A DNA stretch of 64,000 bases, taken from IMG/VR virus record IMGVR_UViG_3300025913_000019; one strand, written 5' to 3'. Position 1 is the stretch's first letter. Each line of letters starts with the position of its first letter. The translations under genes were made by a program, and so were the position numbers. This DNA comes from a virus. Its lineage: Duplodnaviria > Caudoviricetes. The notes under the pieces were generated by a model. That model made no database searches. It was not told the DNA's origin and saw only the letters and a program-made list of their open reading frames with translations. Below are positions 26,422-35,073 of the stretch, piece by piece.

Positions 26422-27927
26422 TCAGACGGCCACCGGTGCCTTGATGGACGGATGGTGCCGGTAGTTCAGCACCTCGAAGTCCTCGGGCTCGTAGTCGAAG
26501 ATCGACTCGGGCTTGCGCTTGAGGCGGAGCGTGGGGAAGGGATACGCTTCACCCACGCGCGCGAGTTGCGTTTCCACCTGTTGGGTGTGCGACTTGTACA
26601 GGTGGACGTCGCCGCCGGTCCACACGAAGTCGCCGACGGCCATGCCGACCTGCTGCGCGATCATGTGCGTCAGCATCGCGTAGCTGGCGATGTTGAACGG
26701 CACGCCCAGGAACGTATCGCAGCTGCGCTGGTACAGCTGGCAGCTGAGGGCGCGACGCGGCACCTGCTGCTCGTCCAGGAACTTGTGCATGTGGGCTTCG
26801 ATCGCTGCCGCATCCTCGTCATGCAGCGACCAGGAGCCGACCAGGCCCGGGCCTTCGTACAGCTTCGCGCGCTCGTCCACCGTCAGCTCGTGCGAGTAGA
26901 ACTGGAACAGGCAGTGGCAGGGCATGAGCGCCATCTTCGAGAGCTCGGCCACGTTCCAGGCCGAGACGATGATGCGCCGGCAGTCCGGGTTCGTCTTCAG
27001 GCGGTTGATGACCCAGTCGATCTGGTCGATGGGTTTCTGGTACACAGTGGCGGGCGGGCGGCCCTTGCCGTCGATGTCCGTGCTGGCGATTTCGACCAGC
27101 GTGTTGCAGCCGGGAGGCACGGCGCCGCCGGGAGCCGTGACATCGACCTGGCCGGGCCACGCGCGCCACTGCGCACCGTAGACGGGACCGAGGTTGCCGT
27201 CCTTGTCGGCCCACTCGTCCCAAATCGTGCAGCCGCGTTCCTGCAGCCACTTGACGTTGGTGTCGCCGCGCAGGAACCACAACAGTTCGGTGATGACCGA
27301 CTTGAGGGCCACCTTCTTGGTCGTCACGAGCGGGAAGCCCTTGCTCAGGTCGTAGCGCAGCTGGTAGCCGAAGATCGAGGTGGTGCCGGTACCCGTGCGA
27401 TCACCCTTGTAGCGGCCGTTGTCACGGATGTGGCGCATCATCGTCTCGTACTGCACGTCCGGTGCAGCTTCCGGCGTCGTCGGCTCCGGGAAGAACGCTG
27501 CATCGTCGACGATGACCATGCTCGGGGTGACACCACGCTGCTTCGGCTCCGACTTCTCGGTCGCCTGGCTGAAGTCAGGATGCGCACGCGACCAGCCGGC
27601 CTTGTGACAGGCCGGGCACGCTTCCTTGGCCAGCGTGCAGTCGCCGCAGAGGCAGCCTTCGGGAGCACTGGCGTGCATGTAGTTCGTGTTCATCGTCTGT
27701 TCCTTGTCGTTGAGACTCATGGCATAGGCCAGGAGATCGTTGAGGTTGCCGGGGGTGATGTGGATCGTTCCCCTCGGCGACTCGGGGTTCTTCGTGCCGT
27801 CGCGGTAGTGGAAGTTCGCGACCAGCCCGACGACCTGCATCTTGCGCTCGGGCGACGACCTGATCCAGCAGCCCTTCATCTCCCGCTTGACGTTCAGTAC
27901 GAACGTGCTGTGATCGTCGGCCATCAT
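26422..27927 (-). CDS. thyA: thymidylate synthase ThyA with ~155-aa N-terminal extension
   Basis: [65 protein letters not shown]. Confidence 0.95.
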   Translation of the reverse strand: MMADDHSTFVLNVKREMKGCWIRSSPERKMQVVGLVANFHYRDGTKNPESPRGTIHITPGNLNDLLAYAMSLNDKEQTMNTNYMHASAPEGCLCGDCTLAKEACPACHKAGWSRAHPDFSQATEKSEPKQRGVTPSMVIVDDAAFFPEPTTPEAAPDVQYETMMRHIRDNGRYKGDRTGTGTTSIFGYQLRYDLSKGFPLVTTKKVALKSVITELLWFLRGDTNVKWLQERGCTIWDEWADKDGNLGPVYGAQWRAWPGQVDVTAPGGAVPPGCNTLVEIASTDIDGKGRPPATVYQKPIDQIDWVINRLKTNPDCRRIIVSAWNVAELSKMALMPCHCLFQFYSHELTVDERAKLYEGPGLVGSWSLHDEDAAAIEAHMHKFLDEQQVPRRALSCQLYQRSCDTFLGVPFNIASYAMLTHMIAQQVGMAVGDFVWTGGDVHLYKSHTQQVETQLARVGEAYPFPTLRLKRKPESIFDYEPEDFEVLNYRHHPSIKAPVAV

Positions 27928-28505
27928 GCACGCTCCGCTTGTTGACGGAGTCGAGTATCGTCATCGACCGCACCCGTCGTCTTCGCCCCGCCGGTGTGGA
28001 CGTGTGCCTGCATACGTGTCTGCGACCAGCGCAGGCAGTCGCTCTGCGTCAGACACCGCATTGCCATGTTGGACTTGGTCTCGCGGACCTCGACCTTGGT
28101 GCAGACGACACGCGGCCAGTAGCCGTGGATCTTCAACCAGCCGTCTGGCCCGTTGAGGTAGTCGAAGATGAAGTCCGAGAGGCCTTCGCAGCCGGTGCGT
28201 TCGACCTCGACCACCTTGGCCAGACCATGAGCGCGAAGTGCGATCAGGGTATCGCGTTGCGGATCGTCCTGCGCCACCAGCAGCGTGTGGTCGAACCAGT
28301 CCTCGAAATCGTCCTTCAGCGGCTTGAGCGATCCGAAGTCGACCACCCAGTTGCGGGCGTCCAGGTCAGCGGCGCCGAACTCGAGATGGATCGACAGCGC
28401 GTAGCCGTGCACGACGTTGCAGTGGCTGTCGGCACGCCACTGGCGGTACGCGACCGGGAACGCCTCGCTGTACGTCTTGGTCGAGTAGAACGGGAACTCC
28501 ATCAT
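27924..28505 (-). CDS. queD: 6-carboxy-5,6,7,8-tetrahydropterin synthase (QueD/PTPS-like)
   Basis: [40 protein letters not shown]. Confidence 0.88.
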   Translation of the reverse strand: MMEFPFYSTKTYSEAFPVAYRQWRADSHCNVVHGYALSIHLEFGAADLDARNWVVDFGSLKPLKDDFEDWFDHTLLVAQDDPQRDTLIALRAHGLAKVVEVERTGCEGLSDFIFDYLNGPDGWLKIHGYWPRVVCTKVEVRETKSNMAMRCLTQSDCLRWSQTRMQAHVHTGGAKTTGAVDDDTRLRQQAERA

Positions 28506-28515
28506 GGTCAGCCTC

Positions 28516-28959
28516 TCATCTCATCGTGTAGATGCGACGACCCGGAGTAGGCTCGTCGCACGTGTGACTCTTCTGCGGCTCAAGCCGCCTCTGTACTTCC
28601 TTGGGAAGGTCCTTGGCTTCAACAGGCTTCGGTTCCTTCTTCGCACTCTCTTTATAGTTCCGCCTCGGTGGCAACTCGGAACCAGGCAGAGCACGGAACT
28701 GCGTGGCCGTCAACCTGGTCTGGTGCACAGGAACGCCACAAGCGCCGCCAAGCTCAACACGCTTGCGGCGCTTTCGGATCTTGCGCACGTGTAGGTTCTG
28801 CGCGATCTGGTATGCCATGGGGTCCACGAACTGCTTGTCGACCGACCAATACTTGTGACCTTTCGGGCAATCGTGTGCTATGACCTGGCCCTTGCGACCT
28901 GCGTTGGCCATGACGGACCCGCAGTCGGGACAGCTCAGTCTGCGTGGTCCGCCACCCAT
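28516..28959 (-). CDS. basic zinc-ribbon protein
   Basis: CPDCG and CPKGH motifs; Lys/Arg-rich. Confidence 0.55.
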   Translation of the reverse strand: MGGGPRRLSCPDCGSVMANAGRKGQVIAHDCPKGHKYWSVDKQFVDPMAYQIAQNLHVRKIRKRRKRVELGGACGVPVHQTRLTATQFRALPGSELPPRRNYKESAKKEPKPVEAKDLPKEVQRRLEPQKSHTCDEPTPGRRIYTMR

Positions 28960-28961
28960 GG

Positions 28962-29186
28962 TCAGCCCTTCTTCAGGTACTCGGAGAGCGCCGGTTCCTC
29001 GTGGACCAGGAAGTCGCGGATGAACGAGGTGTTGGAGAGACCGACATAGCGCCAGCGCTCCTTCACCTCGTCACTGATCACGACCTGCTGGCCGTTGTTG
29101 AAGACCTGGAGCTGATCGAAGGGAACAGCGTCGAGGGTGCGAAGAGCCTCGACGTGCGCCATCACTTCCTCGACGTTGATCCTCAT
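28962..29186 (-). CDS. hypothetical protein
   Basis: 74 aa, tightly packed between neighbours. Confidence 0.6.
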   Translation of the reverse strand: MRINVEEVMAHVEALRTLDAVPFDQLQVFNNGQQVVISDEVKERWRYVGLSNTSFIRDFLVHEEPALSEYLKKG

Positions 29187-29189
29187 GGC

Positions 29190-30110
29190 TCAGACTCCTT
29201 CGTCTTCCGGCTCGTCGTCGACCGGCGCTTCGTCGGCCAGGTCACGCGCCACGTCCTGGTGCTCGGCGTCGGTCATGTTGGCGCCGAAGTCCGTCGTGGC
29301 CGTGCCGGCCGAGCCGCCCAGCAGGTTCGCGACGCTGTTCGGATGCGCGTCGGTGCCGCGGGCCGCGATCTCGGCAGCGGAACCACGGAGCATCACGCCC
29401 GACTCGGTGACACCGATCGTGGCTTGCGCAGCGCGCAGGCGATCGTTGGATTCCACCTGGTCGATGTAGGCCTTGGCCAGCGGCAGCGCGAGCTTGGACC
29501 AGCCTTCGAGGCGTTCCTGGACCTTCTCGAGTTCGGCGATCGTCAGCCATTCGCTGTTGTCGATCTGGCCGGCTTCGGGGTTGATCGCCGCCTTCTCGGC
29601 CGCGCTGACGTAGCGGATGGCGACGACGCCGCAGTGCACGCAGCCGACCTCGTTGGTGTCGGCCAGCAGGTGCGTGAAGCTCAGGGTCTGCTCGGGCAGG
29701 CCGGCTTCTTCCGCGAGTTCGCGGTTACCCTCGATGCTCAGCCAGGTCGCGAAGTTCGTGGCGGCGGGGATCGCTTCGTCCATGTGGCCGCCCAGGCCGA
29801 TGCTGAGGTTGCCGATGAGCCGGCCTTCGCCGCCGGCGCCGCCGCGGCTGTAGGTGAACACGCGGTAGTCGTCGTCGATGCAGAGGATGTAGGGGATGAT
29901 CTGGCGCAGGCTCGTGTCGGACTCGCAGTAGGCGCGGTCGACGAGGCGCAGCTGCGTGTTGTCCAGCGAGTAGAAGCTGGAGTCGATCGGCAGCGACATC
30001 GGGCGCGAACCCGAACTCGGCTTGCCGTCGGAGCCGTAGATGGCCTGGTAGCTGGGCTGGAGAGCGGACAGTGCGACGCACAGGGCGTACTTGATCTTCG
30101 GAGCGTTCAT
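29190..30110 (-). CDS. Nudix-family (MutT-like) predicted phosphoesterase
   Basis: RQIIPY..Y.R...E.RL....SIGLGGHMD..RELAEE..VG.VH.G..LEGWS pattern of a non-canonical Nudix clade. Confidence 0.75.
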   Translation of the reverse strand: MNAPKIKYALCVALSALQPSYQAIYGSDGKPSSGSRPMSLPIDSSFYSLDNTQLRLVDRAYCESDTSLRQIIPYILCIDDDYRVFTYSRGGAGGEGRLIGNLSIGLGGHMDEAIPAATNFATWLSIEGNRELAEEAGLPEQTLSFTHLLADTNEVGCVHCGVVAIRYVSAAEKAAINPEAGQIDNSEWLTIAELEKVQERLEGWSKLALPLAKAYIDQVESNDRLRAAQATIGVTESGVMLRGSAAEIAARGTDAHPNSVANLLGGSAGTATTDFGANMTDAEHQDVARDLADEAPVDDEPEDEGV

Positions 30111-30159
30111 GGGAACCTCAGTGTGGTGATGAGCTTGCGCTCGGATTAGAGCTCAGGGC

Positions 30160-30846
30160 TCACTTGTGGAACTTGTTGTCGGACATGGAGACGTTGATGT
30201 CGCTCATGTCGAAGAAGGGCTCGTCCGGCTTGCAGCCGAAGAGCGTGGTCTTGATCGCCGACGCGATGGAGAAGCCTTCCTGCTGTGCGCCGATGATGGC
30301 TTCGAGCACGTTCTCCATCGGCATGCCGAACTTCATGGCTTCGGACCGGCACGCGATCATGAGGGCACCGAGGCCGGAGGCGAACTCGACCATCACGTCC
30401 TTGCGGGCCGACTCGAGATCGTTGCTGCACAGGCGGTTGAACTCGAGCAGTCGCGCCCACGGTGCGTCGAACGAGTGCTCGCCGAACGTCTCCTTCATCG
30501 TCTGCTGCGCACGCGAGAGCATCTCGAAGAGCAGCTGCTCGAAGCCGCGGTAGCCGACGCCCAGCTTGACCTCGTCCGGCGTCTCGTAGTGGCCGATGAG
30601 ACGGACCTTCCAGTAGATCTCGTAGAGCGACTTCATGTGCTTGTCGAGTTCGTACCGGAAGTGGTACAGGCGCTGGTCGGCGGACTCCGGCACCTTGTTC
30701 TTGTCGAAGAGACCGTACAGGCTGGTCTCGGTCGAGACCGGGAGCTTGTTGCTCTCGTTGTAGCGCTCGATGTTGAACGCGAAGTTGTGCTCGCTGGTCC
30801 TGCTCAGGACCTGCTGCATCTGCGAAGCAGTCAGGTGTTGGTACAT
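30160..30846 (-). CDS. hypothetical helical protein, possibly a degenerate MazG/dUTPase-like fold
   Basis: 228 aa from MYQHL at 30846; helix spacing recalls MazG-like NTP pyrophosphohydrolases but the acidic metal ligands are not evident. Confidence 0.55.
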   Translation of the reverse strand: MYQHLTASQMQQVLSRTSEHNFAFNIERYNESNKLPVSTETSLYGLFDKNKVPESADQRLYHFRYELDKHMKSLYEIYWKVRLIGHYETPDEVKLGVGYRGFEQLLFEMLSRAQQTMKETFGEHSFDAPWARLLEFNRLCSNDLESARKDVMVEFASGLGALMIACRSEAMKFGMPMENVLEAIIGAQQEGFSIASAIKTTLFGCKPDEPFFDMSDINVSMSDNKFHK

Positions 30847-30848
30847 GG

Positions 30849-31568
30849 TCAGTCCTTGAAGGTGGGGATGAAGCGCATGAACTCGGCGCGGAGCTCCGGG
30901 GCTTCCATGAACTTGCCGCCGAGCTTCGATGTCACGGTCGAAGATCCCTCGTCGCGGACGCCGCGGCTCTTGACGCAGTAGTGCTCGGCTTCGATCACGA
31001 CGGCGACATCGTCGGTGCCGAGGACGAACTGCAGCGCATGGTAGATCTGCATCGTCAGCCGCTCCTGGATCTGCGGTCGCTTCGAGAAGAACTCGACGAT
31101 GCGGTTCAGCTTGGAGAGGCCGAGCACCTTGTCTTTCGCCAGGTAGGCGACGTGGCACTTGCCGGCGATGATGACGAAGTGATGCTCGCAGTTCGACTGC
31201 ACGCTGACGCTGCGTTCCAGCACCATCTCGTTGTAGCCGATCTTGTTCGAGACCACCGTCGCCTTCGGGAACTTCGCGTAGTCGAGGCCGTAGAAGATTT
31301 CGTCGACGTACATCTTGGCGACGCGCTCGGGCGTGTCGCACAGGCTGTCGTCGGTGAGATCGAGACCCAGCGTCTCCATGATGGCGTGGAAGTGGTACCG
31401 GATCTTGGCCTTGCGTTCAGCGTTGGTCATCGGCGTCGAGTCGCCATTGACGTCGATGATGCCGTTGCGGCCGACCTGCGGGCTCATCGGCGTCTCGACG
31501 CCTTGGGCCTTCAGGTGCTGGTGGACCTGGAAGCCCAGGCTGTAGTCGGTCTTGGTCATGTCGGTCAT
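30849..31568 (-). CDS. folE: GTP cyclohydrolase I
   Basis: DTPERVAKMY, SNCEHHF, LGLSKLNRIV, RPQIQERLT, AEHYCVKSRGV. Confidence 0.96.
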   Translation of the reverse strand: MTDMTKTDYSLGFQVHQHLKAQGVETPMSPQVGRNGIIDVNGDSTPMTNAERKAKIRYHFHAIMETLGLDLTDDSLCDTPERVAKMYVDEIFYGLDYAKFPKATVVSNKIGYNEMVLERSVSVQSNCEHHFVIIAGKCHVAYLAKDKVLGLSKLNRIVEFFSKRPQIQERLTMQIYHALQFVLGTDDVAVVIEAEHYCVKSRGVRDEGSSTVTSKLGGKFMEAPELRAEFMRFIPTFKD

Positions 31569-32428
31569 GCGATTGCGCAGAAGAGGTGTTGCTGGATCGA
31601 GAGCCGGAGGCCGTTCTCGATGGCGTACTGGGCGGCGTAGCCGTAGTTCCTGGCCGTCGCCACGGGGTCGATGAGGTCGTGATCCCAGGCCGAACTGATC
31701 TCGCCCTGGTACGGCTTCTTGTAGACGGCGATCGGGCTCACGTAGAGCGGGATGCGGTGCTCGCGTGCGAAGACCTGGGCCCACTGGGGCACCTTGTTGT
31801 ACAGCGGGTCATCGGCGCTGATGAGGAACTTGAGCGCCGTCGAGTCGAAGACGTTGCGGAGCACGGTCTCGCTTGTCGGCGTGTAGGTGCCGGTGAGCTC
31901 GGAGGCCTTCGGGCTCACGACGATGGTCGTCTTGTCCAGCATCTCGCGGAGACCGAAGGCCGTGTTCTCGGCCTGGCGGAAGAAGCGCGCCTGCGTGCCG
32001 TTGGTCTCGATCTGGATGCGGGAGAAGAACGGCGCCGCCACGTTCATGAAGCGCAGCAGCGTCTGGACTTGGAGCGTCGGCTCGCCACCCGTGATGACCA
32101 GGATCTGGCTGGCGTCGAAGCGCTCGTCCTCGATGATGGAGCGAAGCAGGAAGCTGGGATCGTACTCCGTGGCTTCGCTGAGCTTGAAGTTCGTGTCGCA
32201 GAAGGCGCACATGCCGGGGCTCTTCTCAGCCGTGGTCTTGTCGCCGAAGTTGCAGCCCGCGAGGCGAACGAACCACGCGGGCTTGCCTGCTTCCGGCCCC
32301 TCGCCTTGGATGGTGAGGAATGGCGCGCCGGTGACGTAGAGCAGAGGCGAGTTGTCGAGCTCGGACGGCTTGACGATGCGATCGACGTTCTGGATCACAC
32401 GCTGGATGGGGATGACTGTCTGTTTCAC
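31565..32428 (-). CDS. queE: 7-carboxy-7-deazaguanine synthase (radical SAM)
   Basis: FLTIQGEG..AG.PAWFVRLAGCN, CX14CX2C cluster motif, VITGGEPTLQ, IETNGT, VSPK; GTGA-overlap start. Confidence 0.92.
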   Translation of the reverse strand: MKQTVIPIQRVIQNVDRIVKPSELDNSPLLYVTGAPFLTIQGEGPEAGKPAWFVRLAGCNFGDKTTAEKSPGMCAFCDTNFKLSEATEYDPSFLLRSIIEDERFDASQILVITGGEPTLQVQTLLRFMNVAAPFFSRIQIETNGTQARFFRQAENTAFGLREMLDKTTIVVSPKASELTGTYTPTSETVLRNVFDSTALKFLISADDPLYNKVPQWAQVFAREHRIPLYVSPIAVYKKPYQGEISSAWDHDLIDPVATARNYGYAAQYAIENGLRLSIQQHLFCAIA

Positions 32429-32940
32429 GAGAGGCCCTCGGTCGAGAAGACGTGTTGGCTGTAGGCGGGGAACACTCGCTTGCACGCCTTGATGATCTGG
32501 CGCTTGAGCACGAGCGTTGCGGGGGTCGGGACTTCGATGCCCAGTTCCAGGCCTTGACGCTTGGCCCACATACGGTTCGAGTCGCCGTACTTGTCGAAGA
32601 GCGGGATCAGGTTGCGAGACCCGAAGTAGACGCGCTGGTAGCCGATGGCGGCCGCGGCTTCGAGGAACCGGCCGTTGCGGTTGTCGAAGATGCCGGGCTT
32701 CCCGTCCTGCGTCGGGATCGGCGGGTACTTGATGTACTTGAGGCGCTTCAGGCCTTCCTTCTCCATCGATTGCACCGCGATCATCTCGCGCTCCAGGTAC
32801 GACTGGCCGTAGTCGAAGAACAGCAGGTCGGGCTGCTCGATGCGACGCTCGGCTTCGATCAGACAGTACAGGCTGTCCCAGCCACCCGAGAAGAGGATGG
32901 CGGTGCGGCTCGACTGCCGGATGCGCCAGAGGTCAGTCAC
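32425..32940 (-). CDS. QueC-like PP-loop ATPase lacking the C-terminal zinc domain
   Basis: ILFSGGWDS PP-loop, FFDYGQ..RE, NRNGRFL, YGDS; ends where the T-SC-Y/CxxC zinc region of QueC would begin. Confidence 0.75.
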   Translation of the reverse strand: MTDLWRIRQSSRTAILFSGGWDSLYCLIEAERRIEQPDLLFFDYGQSYLEREMIAVQSMEKEGLKRLKYIKYPPIPTQDGKPGIFDNRNGRFLEAAAAIGYQRVYFGSRNLIPLFDKYGDSNRMWAKRQGLELGIEVPTPATLVLKRQIIKACKRVFPAYSQHVFSTEGLS

Positions 32941-33352
32941 GACGGGTTCGGTCTTGTCCTGCACGACGCAGGACGTATGGAAGGACGAGGGCATGGGGCC
33001 ATTTCCAGTTGAAGGGGAAGAGAGGGCGCGGCTGCATGACGCCAGCGTGGCTGGGGATGTCGAGGCAGACGTGAACGAGCCAGCCGAGGCACCACCAGGC
33101 GGTGCCGAATGCGCAGTAGCTGAATGCGGCCACGAAGGCGATGACCAGCAGCGAGTGGACGAGTCGGTACGGGATCAACTCGTTCTCGGTCAGGGTCCAG
33201 GACCAGACGTACCAGTCGTGGAAGCCCGACTTGCGGAACTTGCGCTCGACCGGCAGCCACACGAGGTCAGGTGCGACACACATGGCGGCGGCACCGTAGT
33301 GGCCGGTGAGCAGGAACGGGATGGCCGAGGCCGCGTGGACAAGTACGTGCAT
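32933..33352 (-). CDS. YdjM-like membrane-bound metal-dependent hydrolase candidate
   Basis: VH..., APDL, VHSLL, GWLVHVCLD, PLFPF with hydrophobic segments. Confidence 0.55.
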   Translation of the reverse strand: MHVLVHAASAIPFLLTGHYGAAAMCVAPDLVWLPVERKFRKSGFHDWYVWSWTLTENELIPYRLVHSLLVIAFVAAFSYCAFGTAWWCLGWLVHVCLDIPSHAGVMQPRPLFPFNWKWPHALVLPYVLRRAGQDRTRRD

Positions 33353-33364
33353 AGGAACTCCTAT

Positions 33365-34702
33365 TTACGGTTTGAGCCCTGCAAAGAAGTCCGTCTTGTG
33401 GTACTTCCCATAGCGCTTGATGATCCAGTACTGTCGGCTCAGGTCTTCCTTCGGAACCGTCTTCACGGTGTCGAAGAGCGTGCCCATCGCTGTCTTCTTC
33501 ACCGAGTAGTCGATGGCACAGGCCTGCTCGTACTTCTTAGTCTGGAGGATCAGATCGAAGGCGCGACCCATGGCCGGCAGCACGCGCTTGTCGAAACCGA
33601 CGCCTGCCTTGTAGAAGAAGCGCGCGATCTCCGTGCCCTTCAGCTTCTTGGCGATGGCGATCGAAGCCAGGCCATTCAAGGTCTCGCAGCCCTTGTTGAT
33701 CTGCTCCGCGTTGTGCAGCAGCATCAGCGTCGGGAAGCCATCCATCCAGTACTCGTACTCGATGAAGTTGCAGATGGGGCAGCTGCACTTGATGCGGCCG
33801 TAGTTCCCTTCGCGCGGCGGGATCGTCCCGTTGATGAAGTTCTTGAACTGCTGGCCGTTCAGATACGTCGTCGAGTCCGAGGTCACGACCTTCTGGTGCA
33901 GGTTCGCGATCACGGCCGCGAGGCTCATGCCGATGACAGAGCTCAGACCCAGCAAGTGGTAGTGCTTGTAGTCGGCCGGATGGAGCATGCCCACCAGCAT
34001 GTGGGCCGCGATCGCCATCGGGTTCGCGCCCACCGCGGTGTCGAGGATCGAGCCGCGCAGGCCTGCGATGCACAGGCTGTCCATCGGCTCGGCGAGCGCG
34101 ATCTTCTGCCATTTGGCGCGGAGCTGCGGTGTCAGGCCGTGGCTCACGTTCATCAGCGCCCACTTGGCCTTGCGCGCCTTGACCATGACCTTGGAATTCG
34201 CGGCCAGCATCCGGGCGCCGGCTTGCACCAGGATCGGATCGTCGACGAGCGAGAGCGGGAGGTCGAGACCGACGCCCGAGTCGGCGAACGTGTCGTGCAG
34301 CGCTGTCAGCTCGATAGGATCGATGAAGTCCTTCAGGCCGGTGAAGAGCTGGAAGCCGCCCGAGTCCTGGATGCGGTAGCACAGCTTGCCGAGCTCACGT
34401 GCTTGATGAAGGTGCGACTCCTTCATCACCTTGTCCTGCGCGTTGTAGAGGCCGAAGTGCGTGCGCTGCAGCAGCTCGCGACCCGGATGCCAGGCGTCCT
34501 TGAGTTTGATGCGCGCGCTGTGAGCGATGCGCTGACCCATGCCCTCCATGATGCGGACGCCGGCAGCCTTGCCCTCGATCTCCTTGCGGTACATGTGCGG
34601 CTCATACGAGCCGTGGAACGGCTTCTTGATGAGAGACTGGTTGTAGAGCTGCTCCATGGCAGCAGGCGCCCAATAGTATCCGGGCTTCGGAAGCTGTCGC
34701 AT
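33365..34702 (-). CDS. tRNA-guanine-transglycosylase-fold protein (DpdA-like base-exchange enzyme)
   Basis: QDSGGFQ, GLDLP, NVSHG, IAGL, YHLLG, TSDSTTY, zinc site CSCPIC...LLHN; heads the que/fol operon. Confidence 0.85.
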   Translation of the reverse strand: MRQLPKPGYYWAPAAMEQLYNQSLIKKPFHGSYEPHMYRKEIEGKAAGVRIMEGMGQRIAHSARIKLKDAWHPGRELLQRTHFGLYNAQDKVMKESHLHQARELGKLCYRIQDSGGFQLFTGLKDFIDPIELTALHDTFADSGVGLDLPLSLVDDPILVQAGARMLAANSKVMVKARKAKWALMNVSHGLTPQLRAKWQKIALAEPMDSLCIAGLRGSILDTAVGANPMAIAAHMLVGMLHPADYKHYHLLGLSSVIGMSLAAVIANLHQKVVTSDSTTYLNGQQFKNFINGTIPPREGNYGRIKCSCPICNFIEYEYWMDGFPTLMLLHNAEQINKGCETLNGLASIAIAKKLKGTEIARFFYKAGVGFDKRVLPAMGRAFDLILQTKKYEQACAIDYSVKKTAMGTLFDTVKTVPKEDLSRQYWIIKRYGKYHKTDFFAGLKP

Positions 34703-34712
34703 CGTCTTCTTT

Positions 34713-35072
34713 CTATTTCGAGAGCAAGAGCTTGCGGCCTCGATCGAGGAACTCGCGCATCATCTTGGCTTGTTTGGCTTCGAGGTTGAAGTTGGCGCTC
34801 AGAACTGTCGCATCAGCGTTCAGCTGCAGGAGGTACTTGTGCTCCGGCTTGAGGACGTGCTTGATGGCCGCAACGGAAACCTCGGCATCGAACTTGACCA
34901 GGGTCCACGTAGGCGTCACTTCGGCGTCGATAAAACTGTTGATCGACTCCTTGATCTTGAGCAGCTCCTGCTCGGTCAGCACCGCATTGATCCACAGCAG
35001 GAAGATGCGGGTCGGCGGCGCTCGGAGCTCTCGTCTCTCATCGACGTAGGTACGTGGTACCAGATCGTTCAT
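34713..35072 (-). CDS. hypothetical protein
   Basis: 119 aa; GAGG RBS. Confidence 0.6.
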   Translation of the reverse strand: MNDLVPRTYVDERRELRAPPTRIFLLWINAVLTEQELLKIKESINSFIDAEVTPTWTLVKFDAEVSVAAIKHVLKPEHKYLLQLNADATVLSANFNLEAKQAKMMREFLDRGRKLLLSK

Positions 35073-35073
35073 G

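Noticed and set aside
25190-30846. LTASQ near the N-termini of TopIB and the 30846 protein as further copies of the loading motif
   Set aside because: Lacks the invariant RL, and two short matches could be chance.
32300-32570. Frameshift hiding the missing QueC zinc domain
   Set aside because: Neither alternative frame after the QueC-like stop contains a Cys cluster, and queE begins at a GTGA overlap.
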